A DNA stretch of 64,000 nt from Azolla caroliniana (GCA_043228905.1 JBHGNT010000003.1:1054001-1118000), one strand, 5' to 3'; counted from the first letter of the stretch, positions 39,181 through 50,107 are shown. Program-made: numbers and translations. The notes: a model not told the origin generated them from the letters alone.

Positions 39181-41068
39181 TTGAGCTATAAAAGGAGGGA
39201 TGGGTCCCTTGTAAAGGGGTTCCCCAATTTTGGTATTTTCCTCTCTCTCTCAATTTAGGGGTTCCATTTTGTTTTGTATCAAGTACGTTTTGGTGTTTAG
39301 GGTTGAGTCCCGTTGAAGCTTGTAGGTTCGAAGGGTTTCGGTTCGTAGCGTTGTCTCCTGTGCAAGACCCCACTTGGAACATCGAGCAACGTGCTCCCCG
39401 ATTGGCGGCTTGGCGGCAAACAACTGCTGTGCTTTGGTACGAAGGCCCTCTTCAGTGCAAGGCTTCCACTCGCGTAGGTGAGCCCGAGTGCTCCCTGACT
39501 GGAGCTCGCTTGTAGAACGCTACTATATCTGCTCGGTATTGGACCGGCTTGAAACCGGCGTTGTAATCTGTTGCTAGTATTATATATATAAACATAGAAA
39601 GGGTTGTATATACCATGTCGGTGTCGAGTGTGATTTCATTCTTTCTATTCCTATAAATAAGAAGCATGTGTCGAGACGGTGTTGCGTGCGTCCTCTCCTC
39701 CCCCCGCCTCTCCTTTCGGCCAGTAGCTTTTGGTACTTATTTGGAATCTCTTCGGTCGACGTCTCAATCAGCATAATTGGTATCGGCGGAGCTCGGCCTT
39801 TTCTCCTCCGTCTCTCTCTAGTTCAAGACCCCGGCGGTCCCGCCCCAGATCCTACACGTACCCGCGGATTTTCGTGACATCTTTGGTGAACCCGACATGA
39901 AAAGGGCGGCAAGGGAAGATGGAGTTGGAAGATGATGACTTCGCAGTGATGGTGGCAGAAGTGGTGATGGAGTTTGGACGAGTGACGATGAGATGAGAAG
40001 TAGCACAACAAGTTGTTGAGTGTGTGGTCGAAAGAGTGGACTGTTTCAACGTGGACAAAGTCCCATTCTACTTGGAAGCCTACAATGTGGAAATGGAGGT
40101 GTGAGGCGTAGATGAGGCGTTGAGGTTGGAGTTCTTCTATGGGATCGTAGCTGTCTGAATGCACGCGGAGGTAAAGGAGCTCCGAGAGCTCATAGTTTGT
40201 GGGAGGCCTTCGAAGAGGTGCTCATGTAGGCATACAAAGCGCGGCCGAAAAGTCGGGGACGACGCAACTTCGACCAGTGGGTTGCATCGGCGAAGACCCA
40301 TCGAGGTGCAACGAAGGCATTCTTGGAGTTCGAGTGGTGCTTTGCTCGGCTCCTAGAGTGGGAAAAAAGACTAGTGGGGGTGGATAAAGTCTTGCTCTTT
40401 GTGAAGTTGATCGACCAGAAGGAACATATGGCCTTCGTGATCGAGCTTGAAGAAGACAACGGAGCGAATGGCCTCATCGAAGACTGGTCGGAAGTGGAAA
40501 GGGTGGGCCAGCGGATGGATGAGAACTGGACGTGTACCTTGTCAACCACGATGCGATCCACGAGCGGTCAGAAGGGTTGACACATGACAACGTGCCATCA
40601 TTGCAGGAAGTGGGTGCACAATGAGAACGCTTGGTGAAGGTCAACGTCGAAGCCTTGGTCCGAGAAGCATATGAGGCTCTGAAGGTGAAGATCGAGGAGG
40701 AGAGATCCGGCACGCGGTCGAATTCCGGAGATTCAGAGCTAGTCGGCCTTCCAGACGAGACGGACATGGCCCATGCAGAGGCAGAAGAACGATACAACGG
40801 GGGAGGGTGTGGAGCAAGATGCCCTCTCGACTTGCAGTGAAGGACCGACCAAGGAGGAGGTCGGATTCAGAGAGATGACGATCGCCGGTTCGGAAAGAGA
40901 CTGATGGTTTCGAGCGCGGTTGCTCGAAAATCCGAACATTGGAGAAGCAATCCCAATCGGGGCTTGCGCAACCGAAGAAGAGATAGCCACCGACTACAAC
41001 ATCGAGGAGTCGGTGGCTATGGACAAGTCGGCGGGGGAAGAACTTACGAAATCTTTCCACGTACTTGT

Positions 41069-41490
41069 CCCGGAGACTCCGGCAGTCGAGCTCGTGAGCG
41101 GATGTGAGACTGGAGAGAAGGGAAGTGGCGCCGAGGAGGAAGAGGACGAGTTGGGGATCGGACAGAGATGGCCCTCCACACCGATTTCGGAGACTTCGAC
41201 AGTTCGGCCTACGTGGCAACGTGAGACTGGAGAGAAGGAAGGTGGCAAAGCGGCGACATGGTCCAAGGGAAATTATGAAGGCGGGGAATTGAAGGACATT
41301 CCTAGGTGTCTCCTCATACATGTTCCAGAAACTTCGGCAGTTGGGCTCGAGAGCCGATGTGAGACCGAAGAGATGGAAGGTTGCGGCGGGAGACTGGGAA
41401 TTGAAAATGCGGAGAAGATCAAATGGAATCCGGAGACTTCGGCAGTCGAGCCTGAGAGCTGATGTTAGACCGGAGAGAAGGGATGTGGCA
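41069..41490 (+). repeat. Dispersed ~60-bp repeat in element A (four copies here, a fifth at ~49239)
   Basis: GGAGACTTCGGCAG...GATGTGAGAC(C/T)GGAGAGAAGG at ~41069, 41186, 41325, 41430 and 49239, encoding PETSAVE...CETxE-like peptides. Confidence 0.75.
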
Positions 41491-41842
41491 ACGAGAGGAC
41501 ATGGCCCGAGGCCAACGTGTGCGAAAAGAAGGATGAGGCCGGAGAGGCAGCCAAAGAAGAGACCACGGTAGGCGCGAACGAGGGAGTCCGTCGAGCAAAT
41601 CTGATTGAACCAGCAGCCAAATCAAGTGGCACCGAATAATTGAACCCGATTCGGAAGGATGCCGACTCGACTGAGGCGATTTGGTTGGGCACTTTTCGGC
41701 CAAATCTAACTCGACCGAAGGTCGATCCAAACAAAGACAGACTGAGCAAAGAGGCGATCAACCGAGACCAATCTGAGCAGACGATAAGTAGGCCCAGCTG
41801 GAGGTGGAAGCAGTGGGGGCCAGAGAGCCCAGACCAAGACGG

Positions 41843-42669
41843 TGTCGTGAAGAAAACCGTCCATAGGCGGAATCGGCGCAGTCGTGAAGAAAACCGTCCA
41901 TAGGCGGAATCGGCGCACCAAGGCGTGGGAACCGGTTCTTCACGCGCGCACGCTCTGAGTTGTACATAGAAGCGAGTTAGGAGGATAATCGGCGGGAACG
42001 GGCCCTAACACGAGTGGAGACAAAGACCGCGCGAACAGTCTTTTCGGTCGCGCGCGCGAGCGAAGGAACGGTACGAGTCGGCGGCGTAACTACGCGGATG
42101 CGTGAAGGACGAAGCGAATCCCTGTCCAAAAGGGACAGGGAATAAAGCTGACGTGACGGCCTGCTCGTCGGCCTATATAAGGAGGAGGAAAGAGCTATTG
42201 CGGGGTCTCGCGTGGGGAGGACGAAGTGCTGTCGGACCGTTTCTGGACGCTTCGCCCTCGGTTTCATTCCTTCTGGAGCTCCATAGCTTTTCTGTGCAGG
42301 GTTCCGAGGAGGCTTGCGCTGTTTCGAGGAACGCCCGAGTGCTTCCGGCAGCACCTCCGACCGGCAACCCCTTTGTGCGTTGAAGCGAACAGGCATCGGC
42401 ATCTGTTCGCCGGCCTGTTCGGTTGTAATCAACCTGTGCCCCATCGAGGGTTGTAGTCGTGTTAGCCATTCTTGATATATATACTTAGTCATTCGCATCT
42501 GTCTGTGTCGGTGTTCGTTCGCGTTCTCCGTGCTGAAGGGCCGTGTCCCTGTGTATCCCCGGTCCTGCGTAGCCGGTTCTCTCTCTTTCTCCTCCCTCGC
42601 TTGCTCTTTGGTTCGAGACCCCCGCGGCCCCGCCTCGTTTTCCACACGCACTTGCGTAATAACACGACA
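41843..42669 (+). repeat. 5' LTR of element E
   Basis: TGTCGTG...CACGACA termini, TATA-like CCTATATAAGG at ~42172, near-identical to 48381-49207. Confidence 0.96.
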
Positions 42670-42673
42670 TCTT

Positions 42674-42691
42674 TGGTGAACCCGACGTGAA
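42674..42691 (+). promoter_or_regulatory. Primer-binding site complementary to the 3' end of tRNA-Trp
   Basis: TGGTGAACCCGACGTGAA is the reverse complement of TTCACGTCGGGTTCACCA, the plant cytosolic tRNA-Trp 3' end as recalled. Confidence 0.82.
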
Positions 42692-42713
42692 AGAGGCGGC
42701 AGAAGAGCAGAAG

Positions 42714-44840
42714 ATGAGGGGGTCGGATCTTGCAGAGGCCATGGCTTCGGCCGTGGATCGGATTGTAAACGCGCGCGAGGGCACCGGCGCCCTCGACAGA
42801 GCTATTGAGGCGGTCGTCGGCACGATCGGCCGGTTCGATGGGAGGGATGCCACGAAGTATCTGGCGTCCTACGGTGCAGAAATGCTGATGCGGGACATTC
42901 CGGAAGAAAGGCGTCTTGCCGGATTCCCCCGAGTGGCAATGCCGAGCATCCATGCGGAGGTGCTCGAGGTGCGGGCGGAGAGCCGTACCTGGGAAGAGTT
43001 CGAAGGTCGGCTCCTAGAGAAATACGGGCTGGACGACGCGCTCCGGCTTTCGAAGCGAAGGTTCATGGAATGGGTGGAATCCCCGGGGAAGGGAAGAAAC
43101 GCGTCGGCACTCCTCCGGGAGTTCGAGGAAAACTTTGCGCGCCTTTCGGCGCTCGACCGAACCATCCTGGACACGAGCCGGGTCTTATTGTTTGTCAAGT
43201 CGGTCGACGAGCGGGATCGGGAGCAAGTGGGCCTCTTGCTGGAAACCGAAGACGGGCTCACTACCGACTGGGCGGCTGTCAGGAAGGTCTGTGGCCGTTT
43301 CGACAAACGGCGAGAATGGGCGGATAACGGGGCAACCGGGTCGGGCTCGGTCGCAGCAAGGAAGCTCGAACCAGCGCCACAGGTGCGAGAGGAAGAGACC
43401 CGAGAGTGGTTGGAAACGGGTTCGGCTTCGACCGGCGTAGTCAGAGGCTCAACCGGAGGAGCGGCGCTGGAGGAATTGACGAAGGCGATAAAGGACCTCC
43501 AAATCGCGCAGGCCCGAAGGGAAGGAGGCGAACCGGCTCGTGACCGACGGCCGGCGGCTGGAAACAGGTGCATGTGGTGCGATGAAGTCGGCCACATTCG
43601 GAAGGACTGCGGCGACTTCGCGGAGGCGCTGAGGAACAGGGTGGTGTACCTGTGGGAAGGACGGGTGCATGCCAGCGACACCCGAAGGGCCCTGAGCCGA
43701 AACGACGGGCGAGGTGGTATGAAAAGGTTGATGGAAGAGGCGGCGGCCCGACACGCGGAAACCGTCCACTACTCGGCGTCGGCCGGCATTCGAGTCGGGG
43801 GCGGCGAGGGCCGAAAGGAAAGCAAAGCCGGATTCTGGCCGACGATGCTAGAAGGCCTTGCCGGTGCAGGGCTTAAAGGGGAGGAATCGGACCGTGCGGA
43901 GAAACGGGTACGGGAGATGACCGGGTGGAGCGACCCGGTCGAGGAAAAGACGGGCTTCGTGGAAGCCGCTTGCCGGAACTACGAGGCTCTGGTAGAAGAG
44001 AAGCGGGTGGGGAAACCCGGGACGACCGGGCCCTCACAACGATACGAGACCCGGTCCGGGCCACGACGGGACGAAGCCGGCGGGGCCGGTACGCAAGATA
44101 AACCCCAGAAGGGCGGGTACCGTCTGGGGACGGAGATAGAAAGAACCACGGACTTACGAAAGGTCCTGGAGGAACGGATCCTCGACAGCAAGGTGGAGCT
44201 GTCGTTACGGGAGGTGCTGGGAATCGCCAAGAAGGAGTTCCATGACTCCATCGTGGACTTAGTGAAACGGAAGAGGCTGTCGACGGAGACAGAACCGGAA
44301 AGACCGGTGGAAGTGCGGACGACGCACCTAGACGACATGGCGCTGGGAGACGAGTGGGCGGAAAGCCACTATTCGAGACCACACTGGGCCCGAGCGACCA
44401 CGGAAACCCCGGTAAAGATCGGCGATGTCCAGGAACCGGTGATAGCTTTGGTGGACCACGGATCGGAGATCAATTTGATGTCCATGGACTTCTATAAGAA
44501 GGGCAAATGGCCGATCAACACCAAGCACGGGTGGAAAATAAGGGCAGCAACGCGCGCCACCGAGGAACTGCACGGGGCCTGTCCGAATGTGCGAGTCAAG
44601 ATCGGCGACGTCGAGATTGACCAGCACTTCTTCGTGCAGGAGACGTCTTCGCATCCGGTCATACTGGGAGAGCCGTACATCACGGCGGCGCGAATGGAGA
44701 CCAAGGTGCTGGACAATGGTTCGGCCTACGCGAGGGTCAAAAGCCAAGACGGGCGCCATTCGGTCCAGTTTCTGACGGTACGGCCGAACCACGAACGTAA
44801 CCGCGACTCCCTCGGTTCCGAAAGCCGAGAGGATTTTTAG
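42714..44840 (+). CDS. gag: Gag-protease polyprotein of element E
   Basis: Open frame from 42687, first ATG at 42714. CCHC knuckle CMWCDEVGHIRKDC and aspartic protease LVDHGSEINLM...ILGEPY. Confidence 0.9.
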   Translation: MRGSDLAEAMASAVDRIVNAREGTGALDRAIEAVVGTIGRFDGRDATKYLASYGAEMLMRDIPEERRLAGFPRVAMPSIHAEVLEVRAESRTWEEFEGRLLEKYGLDDALRLSKRRFMEWVESPGKGRNASALLREFEENFARLSALDRTILDTSRVLLFVKSVDERDREQVGLLLETEDGLTTDWAAVRKVCGRFDKRREWADNGATGSGSVAARKLEPAPQVREEETREWLETGSASTGVVRGSTGGAALEELTKAIKDLQIAQARREGGEPARDRRPAAGNRCMWCDEVGHIRKDCGDFAEALRNRVVYLWEGRVHASDTRRALSRNDGRGGMKRLMEEAAARHAETVHYSASAGIRVGGGEGRKESKAGFWPTMLEGLAGAGLKGEESDRAEKRVREMTGWSDPVEEKTGFVEAACRNYEALVEEKRVGKPGTTGPSQRYETRSGPRRDEAGGAGTQDKPQKGGYRLGTEIERTTDLRKVLEERILDSKVELSLREVLGIAKKEFHDSIVDLVKRKRLSTETEPERPVEVRTTHLDDMALGDEWAESHYSRPHWARATTETPVKIGDVQEPVIALVDHGSEINLMSMDFYKKGKWPINTKHGWKIRAATRATEELHGACPNVRVKIGDVEIDQHFFVQETSSHPVILGEPYITAARMETKVLDNGSAYARVKSQDGRHSVQFLTVRPNHERNRDSLGSESREDF

Positions 44841-44856
44841 AGAGGACTGCCAAGGC

Positions 44857-47800
44857 GTGGGGCCGCGACAGTCCGGATGCTCCGGAAAAACCCGCGACAG
44901 TCCGTGTACAATAGGTAGGAAATTTTGCTTCTCCGGCAGCGGAGCATGTGCGATGGTCGGCATCGCCGGCCGAGAGAAAACAAAGACGGAGGGGAGACTT
45001 CGAGCGTGCGGAGTTCTCGGCCCTGACGAAGGAATCAACGGAGCCGTGGAGGCAGTCTCCTTCGACGACACCTTGGGAATGCTGGGGAAGGTAGTCGAAG
45101 AAGACCTTATCGAAGACCGGACGATACCGGTATGTTCCGAAGAAATGTACGAAGTCATCGCGGACTTCGGTCGAGGGCTCGAGTCGGAACGGACGGCCCA
45201 AGTTAGCACCAAGTACAAGACTGTGGACCGGAAGGTGAGGCCAGTTGCGGCGCCCTTACCGGAGGGCAGCGAATCCCGAATCAAAGGGGTTGCATCGGAC
45301 CCCAGCTTACGAGATCCGGCCTGCATAGGACACACCTTCACGAACGAGACGCTCCGCGAGCTGAAGATCGGTGGGGGCGGGTTCCTACTGCCGGTGGAGG
45401 AAGACCGGTTTCGGAGGATGCTCGGAAGGCACGGGAAAGCCTTCGCATTCTCACCGGAGGAAATCGGGTGCGTAGACCCGACGATCGTAGAGCCGATGGT
45501 GATATTCACGGTACCGCATGTACCGTGGAATCTCAAGCCAATTCCGGTTCCGAGAGCTCACATCCCGAAGTTGATGGAGCTGTTGAAGCAGAAAGTTGAT
45601 ATGGGCATTCTCGAGCCGTCGAGCGCCCCGTACTCGAACCGGTGGTTTACGGTACCAAAGAAAAACGGATCATTGCGCTTCATTCAGGACCTGCAACCGG
45701 TCAATAGGGTGACCATTCGGAACGCAGGGATCGGACCAACCATAGACGAGTTCGCGGAGGCCTTCGCCGGAAGGTCGATTTACTCGGTCGGTGATCTATA
45801 TTCAGGGTACGACCAGTTCCAGCTAGCCGTGGAGAGCAGAGACATTACGACGATGCGGACTCCCCTCGGCCTAGTGCGGATGTGTACGCTGCCGCAAGGA
45901 GGGACCAACTCGGTGGCCCACATGGTGAATGCAATGAACAAGGTGCTGAGGGACTGCATCCCGGACATCACCATGCCGTTTCTAGACGACATCCCGATCA
46001 AGGGATGCCCGGTAGAAGAGAAGGACGAGACGATCGGGCCGGACGGATGCCGGCGATTCGTGGTGACGCACATCGACGACTGCGAGAAGGTGCTCCAAAG
46101 GCTAGAGGGTGCGAGGCTCACCTTCTCGGGGGAGAAGTCAGCGTTCGGGCAGTCGGAAATCATGGTGGTTGGACATTTATGTGGACCATATGGCCGGAAA
46201 CCGTCTCCGGCAAAGATAGAAGCCATCTCCACGATGAAGCCTGATTGCAGCTCGGTCACGGAAGTACGAAGATTCTTGGGAGCATGCGCCTTCTACCACA
46301 TATGGATCCCGCATTACGCGCACGTCGCGGAGCCGCTGTACGGATTATTGAAGAAAGGGCGAAGATTCGAATGGCTAGACAAGCACACGGAGTCGGTCCG
46401 GAAGCTGAAGGAGGCTCTTTCGGCAGCACCGGCGCTCCGAAAGGCCGTCTACAGGAAGGGCACCCCAGTGTACATAACGGTTGACACGAGTCCGACCAGA
46501 ATCGGGTGGGTCGTCAACCAAGAGGACGAGGACGGCAATCGGTTTCCGATCCGATTCGGCGCGAAGGTCCTCAGCGAACGGCAGCGAGGATACGCCCAGG
46601 TTAAACGCGAACTCTGGGGTATCGTTTCGGCGGTGAAGGCCGACAAGGACTATCTGATCGGGACAGAGGTAATCATAGAGACGGATTGCATGCCGATTCT
46701 TGGCATGGTTTCCGGATGCGCGACGCCGGACCTGGCAATGCTCAGGTGGATAGCGTACATCAAGTCCCTGGACCCGGAAATACGACACATTTCCGGTAAA
46801 GACAACGCCATGGCCGACATGCTTTCAAGGGCGAGATTCGATGACGAGGGCGGCATGGTTTCGGAGGACGAAGAGGTCGGCGTGGACTTCTTCGAGGCTG
46901 CGTATGTAACAACCGACGGAACAAGCACTCCGGCGCTTAACGACTTCGACGCGAGCAAGTACGATGGGGAGTGGCTGCAGATCGGTGGGTTTTTGAAGAC
47001 AATGACGCCCGATGCGTCATGGACGAAGGACGAGGCCAACCGGATCCGGAAGAAAGAGTACCGGTTCTTTCTCCGGGATGGCTATCTATGGAAGCACCCG
47101 AAGAAGAGGGACGGCGCTCCGCTCCGGGTGGTGGCGATGAAGGAAGAACAGGAGGAGCTGCTGACGGCCTACCACGACAGCCCTTGGGCTGGACACCGTG
47201 GAACATGGGCTACGTTTGAGAAACTGAAGGGGAAGTATTGGTGGCCGGGGCAGTACCAGGACGTGCATCGGTTCGTGACAACTTGCGAGAGCTGCCAGAT
47301 GCACTCCATAGTCCGACATCGAGACGAGCTTCACCCTACGTACCCTCCGGCCATCCATTTCAAATGGATGGTAGATCTGGTAACGATGCCAATGGGAGTA
47401 GGACAGATGCGGTACCTGGTCCTAGCGCGGGAGGATCTGACGAACCAGGTGGAAGGCCGGGCCCTTCCGAACAAAACGACCGCGGCCGTATGCCGGTTCC
47501 TAATCGAGGACGTGATATGCCGGTACGGGTGCGTCGGGAAGATCGTGGCTGACCGAGGGGAGTTGGACGCCGAAGAAGCTGCGGAGCTGTTCGACCGGCT
47601 GGGAGTCAAGCTCTCGCTCACCACTGCGTACAATCCGGAGGCGAATGGAAAGGTGGAGCGCGGACACGGACCGATCGTCAAGGCGCTGGTTCGAGCATGC
47701 GGAGGCCAAGTCGGAAACTGGCCGCGGCTGCTACCTTATGCTTTGTGGGCAGACCGGACCACGCACAGTTCGGTAACCGGGTACATGCCGACGGAGCTCA

Positions 47801-48309
47801 TGTTCGGCCAGAAGCCGATCATGCCGATAGAACGGGCGATCTCCTCGTGGGCAACGGTTGACTGGCGGGACGAGATGAGCCGGGAGGAGTTGTTGGCCGC
47901 ACGTATACGACAGCTCGAGCGGAGACCGGAGGACGTGGCACTGGCTGCGGAGAAGCTCCGGGTGGCGAGGACAAAGAACAAAGCCCGGTTCGACCGAACG
48001 CACCGGCTCCGACCGAAGAAAATCGACGAAGGTGACTGGGTGCTCGTCTACGACAGCAGCCTCGACAACCAGCACCGGGCTACACGGAAGTTCGCGCGAA
48101 GGTGGTTCGGGCCTTACGTGGTGCGGAGCGCCAATGACAACGGGACATATCACCTGGCGGAACTAGACGGCAAGAGAATGGCGATACCGGTTGCAGGGAA
48201 GCGGATCAAAGCGTTCAAGAAGCGACACGACGACGAGCCCGACCCAGCTCTCCTAGTCAGCATTGACGAAAGATCCGAAAACGAGGAAGAACCGAAGGGC
48301 GAGAAATGA
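44857..48309 (+). CDS. pol: Pol (RT-RNase H-integrase) of element E, in the +1 frame relative to gag
   Basis: Motifs WFTVPKKNGSLRFIQDL, DLYSGYDQF, LPQGGTNS, FLDD; RNase H DTSP...KRELWG...ETDC; integrase HDSPWAGH...CESCQ, DRGE, NGKVERGH, GPY. Frame open from 44776. Confidence 0.95.
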   Translation: MGPRQSGCSGKTRDSPCTIGRKFCFSGSGACAMVGIAGREKTKTEGRLRACGVLGPDEGINGAVEAVSFDDTLGMLGKVVEEDLIEDRTIPVCSEEMYEVIADFGRGLESERTAQVSTKYKTVDRKVRPVAAPLPEGSESRIKGVASDPSLRDPACIGHTFTNETLRELKIGGGGFLLPVEEDRFRRMLGRHGKAFAFSPEEIGCVDPTIVEPMVIFTVPHVPWNLKPIPVPRAHIPKLMELLKQKVDMGILEPSSAPYSNRWFTVPKKNGSLRFIQDLQPVNRVTIRNAGIGPTIDEFAEAFAGRSIYSVGDLYSGYDQFQLAVESRDITTMRTPLGLVRMCTLPQGGTNSVAHMVNAMNKVLRDCIPDITMPFLDDIPIKGCPVEEKDETIGPDGCRRFVVTHIDDCEKVLQRLEGARLTFSGEKSAFGQSEIMVVGHLCGPYGRKPSPAKIEAISTMKPDCSSVTEVRRFLGACAFYHIWIPHYAHVAEPLYGLLKKGRRFEWLDKHTESVRKLKEALSAAPALRKAVYRKGTPVYITVDTSPTRIGWVVNQEDEDGNRFPIRFGAKVLSERQRGYAQVKRELWGIVSAVKADKDYLIGTEVIIETDCMPILGMVSGCATPDLAMLRWIAYIKSLDPEIRHISGKDNAMADMLSRARFDDEGGMVSEDEEVGVDFFEAAYVTTDGTSTPALNDFDASKYDGEWLQIGGFLKTMTPDASWTKDEANRIRKKEYRFFLRDGYLWKHPKKRDGAPLRVVAMKEEQEELLTAYHDSPWAGHRGTWATFEKLKGKYWWPGQYQDVHRFVTTCESCQMHSIVRHRDELHPTYPPAIHFKWMVDLVTMPMGVGQMRYLVLAREDLTNQVEGRALPNKTTAAVCRFLIEDVICRYGCVGKIVADRGELDAEEAAELFDRLGVKLSLTTAYNPEANGKVERGHGPIVKALVRACGGQVGNWPRLLPYALWADRTTHSSVTGYMPTELMFGQKPIMPIERAISSWATVDWRDEMSREELLAARIRQLERRPEDVALAAEKLRVARTKNKARFDRTHRLRPKKIDEGDWVLVYDSSLDNQHRATRKFARRWFGPYVVRSANDNGTYHLAELDGKRMAIPVAGKRIKAFKKRHDDEPDPALLVSIDERSENEEEPKGEK

Positions 48310-48380
48310 AGACGGGCCGGTTTTCTCCGTCCCAACTCTCTTGGTGCATACCGGAGGATGCACGGTTAGGTGGGGGCGGA

Positions 48381-49207
48381 TGTCATGAAGAAAACCGTCC
48401 ATAGGCGGAATCGGCGCAGTCGTGAAGAAAACCGTCCATAGGCGGAATCGGCGCACCAAGGCGTGGGAACCGGTTCTTCACGCGCGCACGCTCTGAGTTG
48501 TACATAGAAGCGAGTTAGGAGGATAATCGGCGGGAACGGGCCCTAACACGAGTGGAGACAAAGACCGCGCGAACAGTCTTTTCGGTCGCGCGCGCGAGCG
48601 AAGGAACGGTACGAGTCGGCGGCGTAACTACGCGGATGCGTGAAGGACGAAGCGAATCCCTGTCCAAAAGGGACAGGGAATAAAGCTGACGTGACGGCCT
48701 GCTCGTCGGCCTATATAAGGAGGAGGAAAGAGCTATTGCGGGGTCTCGCGTGGGGAGGACGAAGTGCTGTCGGACCGTTTCTGGACGCTTCGCCCTCGGT
48801 TTCATTCCTTCTGGAGCTCCATAGCTTTTCTGTGCAGGGTTCCGAGGAAGCTTGCGCTGTTTCGAGGAACGCCCGAGTGCTTCCGGCAGCACCTCCGACC
48901 GGCAACCCCTTTGTGCGTTGAAGCGAACAGGCATCGGCATCTGTTCGCCGGCCTGTTCGGTTGTAATCAACCTGTGCCCCATCGAGGGTTGTAGTCGTGT
49001 TAGCCATTCTTGATATATATACTTAGTCATTCGCATCTGTCTGTGTCGGTGTTCGTTCGCGTTCTCCGTGCTGAAGGGCCGTGTCCCTGTGTATCCCCGG
49101 TCCTGCGTAGCCGGTTCTCTCTCTTTCTCCTCCCTCGCTTGCTCTTTGGTTCGAGACCCCCGCGGCCCCGCCTCGTTTTCCACACGCACTTGCGTAATAA
49201 CACGACA
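48381..49207 (+). repeat. 3' LTR of element E
   Basis: Follows PPT AGGTGGGGGCGGA, ends CACGACA, then TSD ACGG. Confidence 0.96.
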
Positions 49208-49495
49208 ACGGATTCGGAGATGAGCCCTCCACACCGATTTCGAAGACTTCGGCAATTCGGCCAAAGTAGCAACGTGAGACCGAAGAGATGGAAGGTGGCA
49301 ATGACGAGTCCTCGCACCATGCTAGTGAAGATGGATGGGAGATTGCTTGCGAGGAGGGAACGGAGGAAGCCGTGACAGAGTGAAATATAGAGGCAAGAGG
49401 CGGTGCTGAAAGGAGTGAAGTCGGAAGTTGGCCTAACTGGGGATCGAACTGGTTGGCATTTCGATTCGGATGGGGTGCGATCCGGACAGGGATCG

Positions 49496-50097
49496 TGTAG
49501 AGAAATCGACGCTCCGATTAACCTTCACCACTCGGCCACAACCGAGTAAGCATGAATCAATGCAGCAGAAAATAGGAACCACAGAGAAAGAACACGAATA
49601 CACAGGGATTAACGTGGAAAACCCTAGACGGGAAAAACCACGGGAGTACAAGACTCCAAACCAAAACTATGCACAGAGAAATATACAATGGCGAGCTGCA
49701 AGGCGACGACCTTGAGCTCGTTGTCCTCGCCACAAGCGGCGGAAATACACAGAGGCGTCGACCTCCTCCTCTCTCACGCTCTATCTCTCTCACGGCTGCT
49801 CTCTCTTCACTCCTCTTGAGTGGAAAAACAGAAAAATGAGTAGCAACATCAAAACTGTTTGCCCTAAGTCATATTTATACACATATGACTTTGGGGCTAT
49901 TTACAACTATAGCCTCAAGGGCCCTTGGCAAACATATTCACAGATATGTCCCCGCATCCGGATCTCGCTCCGGGTACATTCGTCATCCGGCTCCGAAGCC
50001 GGGGTCTTCATCATCCGGTTCCGAAACCGAAACCGGGCTTGTCGGCATTCATCTCCGATATCCGACCATCCCATCCGAAGGGACCGTAATCCCAACA
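49496..50097 (-). repeat. 3' LTR of copia element B
   Basis: TG...CA termini, matches the two pieces of the split 5' LTR. Confidence 0.95.
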
Positions 50098-50107
50098 AAC
50101 TCCCCCT

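Larger units (their letters stand above)
41843..49207 (+). mobile_element. Element E: complete, very young non-chromovirus Ty3/gypsy LTR retrotransposon
   Basis: 827-bp LTRs (TG...CA, 2 mismatches seen), TSD ACGG, PBS 42674-42691, PPT 48366-48380, gag-PR and RT-RH-INT ORFs, no chromodomain. Confidence 0.97.

Noticed and set aside
41977-42651. 224-aa minus-strand ORF inside the gypsy LTR (repeated at 48515-49264)
   Set aside because: Low-complexity Arg-rich translation of a GC-rich LTR. Its recurrence is only LTR identity.
44831-44837. -1 frameshift at GGATTTT
   Set aside because: The -1 frame hits a stop within ~25 codons, and pol is in the +1 frame.
44328-45536. 402-aa antisense ORF and other long antisense ORFs in the gypsy and copia elements
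   Set aside because: Expected shadows of GC-rich coding strands, with no recognisable domain.
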